Source of the DNA: Candidatus Eiseniibacteriota bacterium
GTDB lineage: Bacteria > Eisenbacteria > RBG-16-71-46
Length of the DNA stretch: 64,000 bases
Direction of reading: 5' to 3'
Assembly (NCBI GenBank): GCA_963725865.1
Contig: CAVSAC010000012.1
Location: 992,001-1,056,000 of the forward strand
The notes beneath the pieces are model-generated. The model was not told the DNA's origin. It saw only the letters and a program-made list of their open reading frames with translations, and searched no databases. The position numbers and the translations under genes are program-made. Below, in pieces: positions 1 to 10,712 of this stretch. How positions within the stretch are numbered: position 1 is the stretch's first letter; each line of letters opens with the position of its first letter.

Positions 1-1
1 G

Positions 2-439
2 ATCGGCCGCCGCGGGCGCCACGTGCGGGCCACCTCCGCGCTGGAACACGTCGCGGGACTGACGTGTTTCGACGACGTGAGCGCCCGCAACCACCAGCGC
101 GCCGATGGGCAATGGACACGCGCGAAGGGCTTCGATACCTTCGCCCCGCTCGGACCGTGGGTGGCCACGGGGCTCGACCCCGCCACCCGGACGGTCGAAT
201 GCCGAGTGAACGGGGAGCGCCGCCAGTCCGGCCGCACCGCGGACCTGCTCGTGGCCGTCCCGGCATTGGTGAGCTTCATCTCGTCCATCATGACGCTGGA
301 ACCCGGCGACGTGATCGCCACGGGCACTCCGGCCGGGGTCGCTCCGGTGGTTCCCGGGGACATCATCGAGGTGGAGATCGACGGGATCGGAGTGTTGACG
401 AATCGCGTGGAGGCGGCGCCGGATGTCGGCCAGAGCTGA
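2..439 (+). CDS. Fumarylacetoacetate hydrolase family protein (5' truncated by window edge)
   Basis: DVSAR..Q, W.RAKGFDTFAPLGP and TLEPGDVIATGTPAGV motifs; the frame is open to the window start. Confidence 0.9.
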   Translation: MGRRGRHVRATSALEHVAGLTCFDDVSARNHQRADGQWTRAKGFDTFAPLGPWVATGLDPATRTVECRVNGERRQSGRTADLLVAVPALVSFISSIMTLEPGDVIATGTPAGVAPVVPGDIIEVEIDGIGVLTNRVEAAPDVGQS

Positions 440-2051
440 TCTGCTGATCCTGAACGCCCGTCCGTGGACGGATGGCGCACCGGTCGCGGGCGCGGACGCG
501 CTCGTGGTCGGCGCGGGCCGCGTGCTCGCGCTCGGCCGCGCGGAGGAGCTGGCGCCCTTCGTCCATCGTGGCACCGAGCGCATCGACGCCCGTGGCGCGA
601 CCGTCACGCCGGGACTCTGGGACGCCCACCTGCACTTGCTGACGTGGGCGCGCGCGCGCGCCGAGGTCCAGCTCGCGGGCACCCGCAGCCGCGCCGAGGC
701 GCTGGCGCGGGTGCGCGCGTGGCTGGCCGCCCACCCGGGCGACGGTCCGCTGGTGGGCCGCGGCTGGGATGCGAACGGGTGGCCGGAGCGGCCGGACCGC
801 GCGACCCTCGACACGGTGACGGGCGCGCGGCCGGCGCTGCTGCACAGCAAGGATTTCCACACGCTGTGGGTGAACAGTGCGGCGCTGCGCGCGGCCGGCG
901 TGAGGCGCGCGAGCCCCGATCCCGACGGTGGATGCTTCGAGCGCGACGGGGCGGGCGAGCCCAGCGGGATCGTGCGCGAGCACGCGGTGCGCGCGTTCGC
1001 GGCCCTCGAGGTCGCGGCGCGTCCCGACGACGCGGCGGCGCGTGGCGCGCTGCTGCGCGAGGCGGCCACGGCGCTGAACGCGTGCGGCGTCACCGCGGTG
1101 CAGGACATGGATCCGCTCGACCTCGACCGTGACGAGCCGTGGCCGCTGCGGGATGCGCGCGCGGCGACGCTGCGCGCGTTCGCGGCGGTCGGCCATCGCG
1201 ACCTGGACCGCGCGCTCGCGCGGCGGCCGGCCTATGCGGGCGCCGCGGGGCGCACCGGGCTGGGACCGCTCAAGCTGTTCGCCGACGGCACGCTCGGATC
1301 GCAGACCGCCGCATTGCTCGAGCCCTACTCGGGCGGCGGCAGCGGCATGGAGCTGATGTCGCGCGACGAGCTGCGCACCACGATCGCGCGCGCGCTGGCG
1401 GGCGGTCTCGCGGTGGCGGTGCACGCCATCGGCGATCGCGCGGTCCGCCACGCGCTCGACGCGTTCGAGGCGGCGGGCGAGGCGCGCGCGCGCGCGCCGC
1501 TGCCCTGCCGGATCGAGCACGCGCAGCTGGTGCACCCGGACGACCTGCCGCGGTTCGCGGCCCTCGGCGTCGCCGCCAGCCTGCAGCCGCTGCACTGCAC
1601 GAGCGATCAGGAGCTGGCGGAGCGTCACTGGGGCGCGCATCGTGAATTCGTCTATCCGTGGGCGAGCCTGCTCGCGCGCGGCACGCTCCTCGCGTTCGGC
1701 TCGGACGCGCCGGTCGAGTCGCCGAGCGTGGCGGCGGGGCTGCACGCCGCGGTCACCCGCCAGCGCGCCGACGGCACGCCGCCCGGCCGCGACGCCGCCC
1801 GCGAGCGCGTGACGCTGGACCAGGCCCTGCGCGCGTACACCGAGGGGCCTGCCCGACTCGCGGGCACCTGGCCCGCGGCCGGGCGCCTGGCCGCGGGTGC
1901 GAGCGCGGACGTGGTGGTGTGGAGCGACGACCTGCACGCGCTGCCGCCCGCCGCGCTCGCGCTCGCGGCGCCGGTGCTCACGCTGTTCGACGGCGCGGTG
2001 GTGCATCGCGCAGCGGTGGCGCCCGGGATCGTGCGGAGTGTGGCGCGATGA
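423..2051 (+). CDS. Amidohydrolase family 3 (YtcJ-like) metal-dependent hydrolase
   Basis: PGLWDAHLH, KLFADGTLGS.TA, VHAIGDRA, RIEHAQ and FGSDAPV motifs. Confidence 0.88.
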   Translation: MSARADLLILNARPWTDGAPVAGADALVVGAGRVLALGRAEELAPFVHRGTERIDARGATVTPGLWDAHLHLLTWARARAEVQLAGTRSRAEALARVRAWLAAHPGDGPLVGRGWDANGWPERPDRATLDTVTGARPALLHSKDFHTLWVNSAALRAAGVRRASPDPDGGCFERDGAGEPSGIVREHAVRAFAALEVAARPDDAAARGALLREAATALNACGVTAVQDMDPLDLDRDEPWPLRDARAATLRAFAAVGHRDLDRALARRPAYAGAAGRTGLGPLKLFADGTLGSQTAALLEPYSGGGSGMELMSRDELRTTIARALAGGLAVAVHAIGDRAVRHALDAFEAAGEARARAPLPCRIEHAQLVHPDDLPRFAALGVAASLQPLHCTSDQELAERHWGAHREFVYPWASLLARGTLLAFGSDAPVESPSVAAGLHAAVTRQRADGTPPGRDAARERVTLDQALRAYTEGPARLAGTWPAAGRLAAGASADVVVWSDDLHALPPAALALAAPVLTLFDGAVVHRAAVAPGIVRSVAR

Positions 2052-2665
2052 GCTCCGACTTCCGCACGCGCTCCGACGAGGACCTGGTGCAGCTCGCGCA
2101 GGCGGGCGACACGCGCGCCTTCGACGTGCTGGTGAGCCGCTACCAGGAGAAGGTGTACCGGCTCTCCTACAAGATCCTGCGGCACGAGGACGATGCCTCC
2201 GAGTCGCTGCAGGACGCGTTCCTGTCCGCGTTCCGCGGGCTCAAGAACTTCAAGGCCGAGTCCACGTTCTCGACCTGGCTCTATCGCATCGCGACCAACG
2301 CCGCGCTCATGAAGTACCGCAAGCGCCGCGACGGGCACGTGTCGCTCGAGCAGTCGCAGAGCGGTGCCGAGGAGGCGGAGGGACTGCAGATCCCCGACTG
2401 GTCGACCCAGCCGGTGCAGGACCTGCTCGACGGCGAGACGCGCGACGTGATGGAGGAGGCGTTCGACCGCCTGCCGGAGGAGCTCAAGCAGGTCTTTCTG
2501 CTGCGCGACGTGGAGGGTCGCTCGAACGCCGAGGTGGCGGAACAGCTGGGGCTCACCATCGCCGCGGTGAAGTCGCGGCTGCACCGGGCCCGCATCCACC
2601 TGCGCGACCGGCTCAACCGGTACTTCGCCGACAAGATGACGCGCAGGGACCGTGGCCGCTCGTGA
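2048..2665 (+). CDS. ECF-type RNA polymerase sigma-70 factor
   Basis: Region 2 (QDAFL..F, FSTWLYRIATN) and region 4 (EVAEQLG.TIAAVKSRLHRAR); ATGA overlap with the upstream gene. Confidence 0.92.
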   Translation: MSSDFRTRSDEDLVQLAQAGDTRAFDVLVSRYQEKVYRLSYKILRHEDDASESLQDAFLSAFRGLKNFKAESTFSTWLYRIATNAALMKYRKRRDGHVSLEQSQSGAEEAEGLQIPDWSTQPVQDLLDGETRDVMEEAFDRLPEELKQVFLLRDVEGRSNAEVAEQLGLTIAAVKSRLHRARIHLRDRLNRYFADKMTRRDRGRS

Positions 2666-2677
2666 GGTCGCCGCGGG

Positions 2678-3484
2678 TCAGCGGTGCGCCTGCCAGCCCC
2701 AGAGGATGATCGCGGCGAGCACCGCGCGATAGATGAAGAACACCCCGAACCCCGCGTTGCCCAGCCAGCGGATGAGGCCACGGATGGCGAGCAGTCCGAC
2801 CACCGCCGAGGTCACGACCCCCAGCAGCAGCGGCCCGATCGGCAGGTCGCTCGGCAGGTGCCGCAGCTCGAGCAGCCCCGCGCCGAACGTGATGGGGGTG
2901 GCGAGCAGGAACGAGAACCGCGCGGCCGAGACGCGCGTGAGCCCCGTGGCGCGGCCGGCCGTGATCGTCACGCCCGAGCGCGACACGCCGGGGACCAGCG
3001 CCACCGCCTGCGCGCATCCCATCGCCAGGCAGGCGCCCCAGCCGGGGGTGTCGGCGTCCTCGCGCTGGGGAGCGACGCGGTCGACCCACCAGAGCAGCAG
3101 GCCGAAGACGAACAGCATGACGGCCTGCAGCGGCATCGAGCGCAGCGCGGATTCGGCGATGTCCTTGAGCAGCAAGCCGGCGACGGCACCCGGCACCGAG
3201 GCCACCGCGAGCTTGCCCCAGGTGTCCCACGCCTGCGCCTTCGCCGGCGGGGCGCCCGCGATCGCGTCACGAGCGAGCGCCACCCACACGTTGCCGTACG
3301 CGAGCACCAGCGCGATCAGCGTGCCCCAGTGGAGCGCCACGTCGAAAGCGAGACCGTTGTACTTCCAGTGCAGCAGCTCCGGCACCACGTACAGATGGGC
3401 GCTGCTCGAGATGGGCAGGAACTCCGAGAGGCCCTGCAGCGCACCGAGCACGACGGCCTCGAACCACGGCATGAGTGGAAGCAT
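2678..3484 (-). CDS. uppP: Undecaprenyl-diphosphate phosphatase
   Basis: QGLSEFLPISSSAH, ALVPGVSRSGVT and AARFSFLL motifs; start at 3484 or 3472. Confidence 0.93.
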   Translation of the reverse strand: MLPLMPWFEAVVLGALQGLSEFLPISSSAHLYVVPELLHWKYNGLAFDVALHWGTLIALVLAYGNVWVALARDAIAGAPPAKAQAWDTWGKLAVASVPGAVAGLLLKDIAESALRSMPLQAVMLFVFGLLLWWVDRVAPQREDADTPGWGACLAMGCAQAVALVPGVSRSGVTITAGRATGLTRVSAARFSFLLATPITFGAGLLELRHLPSDLPIGPLLLGVVTSAVVGLLAIRGLIRWLGNAGFGVFFIYRAVLAAIILWGWQAHR

Positions 3485-3492
3485 GGGCGCGC

Positions 3493-3521
3493 ACGCTAGC
3501 ATGCGCCCCGGCGGGTCGCAA
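3493..3521 (-). promoter_or_regulatory. Sigma70-type promoter of uppP (leaderless geometry)
   Basis: Minus strand TTGCGA-17-TAGCGT, 8 nt before ATG 3484. Confidence 0.5.
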
Positions 3522-3538
3522 CGGAGCGCGAGGCGGGC

Positions 3539-5134
<1,596 letters not shown>

Positions 5135-5140
5135 AGCCGG

Positions 5141-6313
5141 TCAGGGACGCGGCGCGCCGACCGGCCGCCCCGCGCGCCAGAGCGTGGGGAACACCACGAA
5201 CGCCTGCAGCCGCCCGCGCCGCCACAGCGTGCTGATCAGTTCGAGCGCCAGCCATGCCGCGTACACCACCGCGATCTCCTCGCGCCATCCGGGCCGCAGG
5301 AACTGCGTGAACCACAGCACGAACAGCCCCGCCGCCTCGTACGCCTCGAACGTGAAGTTCGCGAGGATCACGACGCCCAGCGCGCCCTGCAGCAGGGTGA
5401 GCAGCAGCTCGACGCGGTGCTCGGCGAGCGGCACCGCGGCGGTGTGCCCGAGCGAGACCGAGTAGACGATCGGGATCATGGCGGCGAGCACCGTCCACTG
5501 ATTGATGTTGCTCGAGGCCATGTTCATGAGCGCCATGCCGCCCTTGCCGCGCCCGCGCGCCCAGTAGAACGTGGTGGTGAACTCGGGGAATTCCGAGAGG
5601 AACGGCGCCACCCATTGCACGAACACGAACTGCGAGACCCCGGCCACCGTCGCCAGCCCGATCATGCTGGCGAGGAACGGCGTGGCGGTCACGTAGAGCG
5701 CCGCGCCCCCGAGCGCGAACAGGATCACGATCGCGAGCGTCCGCGCGGGGGAGGGCAGCGCGAGCACGCGGCGCGGCACCCAGGCGGCGTCCTCGACCTC
5801 TTCGTGCTCGCGGGGCGGGATCCGCTGCAGCAATGCCAGGTAGCCGGCATAGAGCGCGAGGAGCACCGCGGCGTCGGCCAGCCCGAGCGAGCCCTTCACG
5901 ATGATCCACGCGAAGTACAGCAGCGGGGGCACGAGCCCGATCACCTCGGCCGCGTGCTCCTGATCGAGCGCGATGGGATCCCAGAAGCGTCCCTCCCGGC
6001 GCTGCGCGCGCGAGAGCGCGGACACGGTCCAGATCATCGGCCAGCCGAGCCCGGTCAGCAGGCGCAGCGCGCCCGTGAAGTTGGCGGTCATCAGCGGCAC
6101 GTCCTGGTGCCACGCGATGACCGCCTCGACCGCGAATTCCGGCAGCACCTGCATCCAGGCGAGCAGCGCCAGCGCGAGCCCCTGCGAGATGAAGAACTCG
6201 GCGGCCTCGGCGCCCCAGGCCAGCACGAACGCGCTGGCGAGGATCGAGGGAAACGTCCACAGCGCCTGCAGCGCGCCGCGCGCCGGATCGCCCGGCTCCG
6301 AACCAGGGATCAC
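5141..6313 (-). CDS. Cation/Ca2+ antiporter (CaCA-like) membrane protein
   Basis: Two alpha-repeat-like motifs (VLPEFAVE...ANFTGA; SEFPEF...SSNINQWT), about 10 TM segments; start uncertain (GTG 6313). Confidence 0.7.
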   Translation of the reverse strand: MIPGSEPGDPARGALQALWTFPSILASAFVLAWGAEAAEFFISQGLALALLAWMQVLPEFAVEAVIAWHQDVPLMTANFTGALRLLTGLGWPMIWTVSALSRAQRREGRFWDPIALDQEHAAEVIGLVPPLLYFAWIIVKGSLGLADAAVLLALYAGYLALLQRIPPREHEEVEDAAWVPRRVLALPSPARTLAIVILFALGGAALYVTATPFLASMIGLATVAGVSQFVFVQWVAPFLSEFPEFTTTFYWARGRGKGGMALMNMASSNINQWTVLAAMIPIVYSVSLGHTAAVPLAEHRVELLLTLLQGALGVVILANFTFEAYEAAGLFVLWFTQFLRPGWREEIAVVYAAWLALELISTLWRRGRLQAFVVFPTLWRAGRPVGAPRP

Positions 6314-6398
6314 GCGGGTCGCTCGTCGCGTCGGGTCATGGAGGGTCGCTCCGGAGGGGCTTGTGGTCGAAGAAGCGCGCGGATACTGTGCCGGACCC

Positions 6399-7025
6399 AT
6401 GCGAGCGTCAAGCGCCCGTCCTGCCTGTGCCCCGCCGGCGGCACGCGCCCTCGTCCGCTTCGCCGCGGCGATGAGCGCGGGGCGGGCGCACGCCGCCGCC
6501 CGCGCGCTGCGCGCCGCGCGCGCGGCGGGTGCGTCGCGGCGCGCGGCCGAGGAGACCGCGCTGATGCTGATGCTCCACGCCGGCTATCCGGCCGCGCTCG
6601 AAGGCGCGCGCGTGCTCGCCGAGGCGTGGCCCGGTCGCGCGCGCCGCACGCGCGAGGGCGACCCCGCCGACTGGATGGCGCGCGGCGTGGCGCGCTGCCG
6701 CGCGGTGTACGGGCCGGTGTATCCGCGGCTGGTGCGCAGCGTGCAGCGGCTGCATCCCGACCTCGCGCGCTGGATGGTGGAGCAGGGCTACGGGCGCGTC
6801 CTCGCGCGCCGCGGCCTCGACGGCGCGCTGCGCGAGCGCGTGGCCGTCGCGGTGCTCGCCGCGGGCGGTTGGGAGCGGCAGCTCGTGAGCCATCTGCGCG
6901 GCGCTCGGCGGCTCGGCGCCGCACCCGCCGAGGTGCGCCACGCCTTCGACGCCGGCGCGCGCGTCTGCCCGGCGCGTGCGCGGGCGCGGGTGCAGCGCGC
7001 CTGGCGGCGCGCGGCCGGCGGTTGA
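6399..7025 (+). CDS. Carboxymuconolactone decarboxylase/AhpD-like protein
   Basis: EETALM...AGYPAA, GYGRVLARRGLD..LRE and QL.SHLRGA.R.G patterns of tandem CMD proteins. Confidence 0.7.
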   Translation: MRASSARPACAPPAARALVRFAAAMSAGRAHAAARALRAARAAGASRRAAEETALMLMLHAGYPAALEGARVLAEAWPGRARRTREGDPADWMARGVARCRAVYGPVYPRLVRSVQRLHPDLARWMVEQGYGRVLARRGLDGALRERVAVAVLAAGGWERQLVSHLRGARRLGAAPAEVRHAFDAGARVCPARARARVQRAWRRAAGG

Positions 7026-7050
7026 CCCCTCCGCGCACGCTCCCTAAGAT
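7022..7050 (+). promoter_or_regulatory. Sigma70-type promoter of the bsh operon
   Basis: TTGACC-17-TAAGAT. Confidence 0.6.
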
Positions 7051-7131
7051 GGCCGGTCTCATGCCACTCGATCGACGAGGCGCGCGCCCGCGGTCCGCCG
7101 CACCCACCGGCGCCGCGCCACGAGGGGGGCG

Positions 7132-8763
7132 ATGTCCCCGATGACCGGCACGCTGCGCGTGCGCGCGTGGGTGGACGGTGCGCCCGAGCCACCGCGCGAT
7201 CGCTTCCACGACCCGCTGACCGACGATCTCGTGCACGGCGGACCGCTCGCGCAGGAGCGATTCCCGGTGCGCTTCCGCGACCGCGATGCGCTCGCGGCGC
7301 TGGCCGCGGCCAAGTGCCATCCGCTGCCGGCGGCGCTCGCGTCCGAGCTGGAGGCCTACCACCGCCGCCTCGGTGCCCCGCCGGAGTCGCTCGCCGCGCT
7401 CGCGCGCCTGGCGCGCGGTGAGGCGGTGGCCGCGGTCGCGGGCCAGCAGCCCGCGCCGCTCGGCGGACCGCTCTATTCGCTGCACAAGACCGCCAGCACG
7501 GTCGGCCTCGCCGCGTCGGTCAGCGCGCGCATCGGGATGCCCTGCGTGCCGCTGTTCTGGATGCACGGCGAGGATTCCGACTTCGCCGAGATCCGCGGCG
7601 TCACGGTCGCCGACCGCGGGCTCGCGCTGCACGACCTGAGCCTGCCGGACGGCGTGCACCGCGACGGCGCGCTGGTCGGCGGCATCGCGTGCGCGCCGCT
7701 CGCGGTGCTGCAGCGCGAGGCGCTCGCGCACTGGGAGGGACTGCCGGGACATTCCGCCACCGCGGCGCTGGTGGCCGGCGCCGAGGCGCGCGCGGCCGAC
7801 CTCGGGGAGTTCATGAGCGCGCTGATGCTGGCGCTGTTCGGCGCCCACGGGCTGGTGGTGGTGGACCCGCGGCTGCCGGCGTTCCGCGCGGCGGCGCGCC
7901 CGTTCATCGATCGCTACCTCGCGCGCGCCGATGCCCTCGCGGCGGCCGCGCGCCGTGCGGGAGCGTGGCTCGAGACCCACATCGGCCGGCGCCCGCTCAC
8001 GGATTCCGCGCTCGAGTCGTTCGTGTTCGCGCTCGAGGACGGCGTGCGCCACAAGCTCACGGCCGACGAGGCGCGGGCGCGCGGCGCGGGCACGACGCTG
8101 TCGCCGAGCGTCGCGCTGCGCCCCGCGGTGCAGGACGGCGTGTTCCCGACCGTCGCGATGGCGTGCGGTCCGGGCGAGCTCGCCTACCTCGCGCAGCTGC
8201 GCGAGGTGTTCGAGGGGCTCGGCGTGCGCGCCGCCTGCCCGGTGCCGCGCTTCGGCGCCACCTGGCTTGCGCCCGCCGCGGTCGAGCTGCTCGCCGCCAC
8301 CGGGGCCGACGTCACCGCGCTGCTCGACGCGCCCGACGCGGTGCTGCGCGCGCACGCCGAGCAGGCGGTGCCCGCCGACCTGCGCGGGCTGCTCGCCGAC
8401 GCGCGGCGCGGCGCGATGGACGACTTCGCGCGGCTCGAGTCCGCGGTGCGCGCGGTGGACCCGAGCCTGCCGCAGATGGTCGAGTCGGCGCGCGCCAAGA
8501 GCGACTACCAGTACGCGCGCCTGATCGACGGCGTGGTGGGCAAGCTGCGCCACCGGATCGAGCGCCAGCACCCCGAATGGCCGCGCGTGCGCTACCACCT
8601 GCTGCCGGGCGACCGGCTGCAGGAACGCCGGCTGGCATCGCTCGAGCCGGTGGCCTACCGCGGTTCGCGCCTCGGCGCGGAGCTGGTGGTCCTGGCGACC
8701 GAGCACGCCGCGCGCCTCGCCGCGGGAACGCACGCGCACGCGGTGATCGAGCTGGGGGACTGA
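7132..8763 (+). CDS. bshC: Bacillithiol biosynthesis cysteine-adding enzyme BshC
   Basis: AGQQP...GGPLYSLHK, VPLFW..GEDSDFAEI, SPSVALRP.VQD..FPT, GPGELAY.AQL and LQER motifs; start 7132 or 7141. Confidence 0.9.
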   Translation: MSPMTGTLRVRAWVDGAPEPPRDRFHDPLTDDLVHGGPLAQERFPVRFRDRDALAALAAAKCHPLPAALASELEAYHRRLGAPPESLAALARLARGEAVAAVAGQQPAPLGGPLYSLHKTASTVGLAASVSARIGMPCVPLFWMHGEDSDFAEIRGVTVADRGLALHDLSLPDGVHRDGALVGGIACAPLAVLQREALAHWEGLPGHSATAALVAGAEARAADLGEFMSALMLALFGAHGLVVVDPRLPAFRAAARPFIDRYLARADALAAAARRAGAWLETHIGRRPLTDSALESFVFALEDGVRHKLTADEARARGAGTTLSPSVALRPAVQDGVFPTVAMACGPGELAYLAQLREVFEGLGVRAACPVPRFGATWLAPAAVELLAATGADVTALLDAPDAVLRAHAEQAVPADLRGLLADARRGAMDDFARLESAVRAVDPSLPQMVESARAKSDYQYARLIDGVVGKLRHRIERQHPEWPRVRYHLLPGDRLQERRLASLEPVAYRGSRLGAELVVLATEHAARLAAGTHAHAVIELGD

Positions 8764-9482
8764 TGGACGCACTCTTCTTCGGCGCACATCCCGACGACAT
8801 CGAGCTCACCTCGGGCGGCCTCGCCGCGCGGCTCGCCGCGGCCGGCCACGCGGTGGGCCTCGTCGATCTGACCGCGGGCGAGGCGGCGAGCCGTGGCACC
8901 CCGGAGCAGCGCACGGGCGAGGCGCAGGAGGCCGCCCGCCGGCTCGGCGCGCGGGTGCGCGAGTGCCTCGGGCTGCCCGACTGCGGGGTCGACCGCAACC
9001 ACCCGGCCCACCGGCGCGCGGTGGTCGCGGCGCTGCGCCGGCACCGCCCGTCGCTGGTCGTGGCGCCGTGGCGCGACGACGCGCACCCCGACCACGTCGA
9101 GGCGCACCACCTCGTTCGGCACGCGTGCTACCTCGCGGGGCTCGCGCGCTTCGATGCGCCCGGCGAGCGCCATCGTCCCGCGCGGCTGCTGTTCGCGCTC
9201 TACCGCGACGGCGACGCGCCGACGCTGGTGGTCGACGTGACCGCGGCATGGGAGGCGCGCATGGCCGCGCTGCACGCGCACGCGAGCCAGCTCGATCCCG
9301 CCGCCGGGCCCTCCACCTACCTCACGCATCCCGACTTCCTCGCCGAGGTCGAGGCGCGCGCCCGCACGTTCGGCGCCCGCATCGGCGTCCGCTACGGCGA
9401 GGGCTATCGCAGCGCCGGCCCGCTCGGACTCACCGCGGTGGGCGCGCTGCTCGGACCCCAGCCCGAAGGACCCGCGGCATGA
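8763..9482 (+). CDS. bshB1: Bacillithiol biosynthesis GlcNAc-malate deacetylase BshB1
   Basis: GAHPDDIEL, DLTAGE..SRGT.E.R..EA, HPDH and H.SQ motifs (PIG-L family); lies between bshC and bshA. Confidence 0.9.
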   Translation: MDALFFGAHPDDIELTSGGLAARLAAAGHAVGLVDLTAGEAASRGTPEQRTGEAQEAARRLGARVRECLGLPDCGVDRNHPAHRRAVVAALRRHRPSLVVAPWRDDAHPDHVEAHHLVRHACYLAGLARFDAPGERHRPARLLFALYRDGDAPTLVVDVTAAWEARMAALHAHASQLDPAAGPSTYLTHPDFLAEVEARARTFGARIGVRYGEGYRSAGPLGLTAVGALLGPQPEGPAA

Positions 9483-10708
9483 GCCCCAGACGCCCGCGAG
9501 CGACGCGTCGCCGCAGCCCCGTGAAGTCCGATTCCGCGCCGCGCGCGAAGCGCGGCGCCGCGACCCCCGCCGCGAAGCCTCCGCGCCCCGCGCGCAAGCG
9601 GCGCATCGGGATCACCTGTTACTCGCACTTCGGCGGCAGCGGCGTGGTCGCCACCGAGCTCGGGATCGAGCTGGCGCGCCGCGGCTTCGAGGTGCACTTC
9701 ATCGCGCACCGGCTGCCGTTCCGCCTGCGGCGCTTCGAGTCGAACGTGTACTTCCACGAGGCGACGCCCGCCTCGTACCCGGTGTTCGAGCAGGCGCCCT
9801 ACAACCTGGCGCTCACGACCAAGATGGTCGAGGTGGTCGAGAACTACGAGCTCGACGTGCTCCACGTGCACTACGCGATGCCGTTCGCGGCCAGCGCCTA
9901 CCTGGCGCGCCAGCTGCTGCTGCCGCGCCAGCTCGGGGTGGTGACCACGCTGCACGGCACCGACATCACGCTGGTCGGGCTGGAGCCCGCGTTCTTCCGC
10001 GTCACCCAGTTCAGCATCCAGTCGAGCGACCGGGTGACCGCGGTGAGCCGCTTCCTCAAGGACCGCGCCGAGGCCTCGTTCGGGATCACCCGGCCGATCG
10101 AGGTGATCTACAACTTCGTCGACCCGCGGGTCTTCAGCCCCAACCGCAAGGTCGCGCTGCGGCTCGCCGGGCCCGAGACGCGGGTGCTGATGCACGCGTC
10201 CAACTTCCGTCCGGTCAAGAACATCCCAGCCGTCATTCAGGTGTTCGCCGAGGTCCGCCGGCGGCTCAAGAGCAAGCTCGTGATGATCGGCGACGGCCCC
10301 GAGAAGGCCAACGCCGAGCACCTCGCCCGCGAGCTGGGGGTGGAGCGCGACGTGCTGTTCCTCGGCAATCAGGATTGCATGGAGGAACTGCTGCCGCTGG
10401 CCGATGTCTTCTTATTGCCGAGCTCCTCGGAGAGCTTCGGGTTGGTCGCCCTGGAGGCCATGAGCGCCGAGGTGCCGGTGGTGGCGTCGAATGCCGGCGG
10501 GTTGCCCGAGGTCATCGACCACGGGGTCACGGGGTTCCTGCACGATCCCGGGCACATCGCGGGGTTCGTCTCCTCGGTGCTGCGTCTGCTCCAGAACGAG
10601 CCGCTGCGCCGGACCATGGGCCGGCGCGCGCGCAAGGTGGCGCGGACGCGGTTCAGTGTGGACGAGATGGTGTCGCGCTACATCCAGGTGTACGACTCGC
10701 TCCGGTAG
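9479..10708 (+). CDS. bshA: N-acetyl-alpha-D-glucosaminyl L-malate synthase BshA
   Basis: IGITCY..FGGSGVVATELG, HVHYAMP, TTLHGTDITLVG, H.SNFRPVK and ESFGLVALEAM motifs. Confidence 0.95.
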   Translation: MSPRRPRATRRRSPVKSDSAPRAKRGAATPAAKPPRPARKRRIGITCYSHFGGSGVVATELGIELARRGFEVHFIAHRLPFRLRRFESNVYFHEATPASYPVFEQAPYNLALTTKMVEVVENYELDVLHVHYAMPFAASAYLARQLLLPRQLGVVTTLHGTDITLVGLEPAFFRVTQFSIQSSDRVTAVSRFLKDRAEASFGITRPIEVIYNFVDPRVFSPNRKVALRLAGPETRVLMHASNFRPVKNIPAVIQVFAEVRRRLKSKLVMIGDGPEKANAEHLARELGVERDVLFLGNQDCMEELLPLADVFLLPSSSESFGLVALEAMSAEVPVVASNAGGLPEVIDHGVTGFLHDPGHIAGFVSSVLRLLQNEPLRRTMGRRARKVARTRFSVDEMVSRYIQVYDSLR

Positions 10709-10712
10709 GGTC

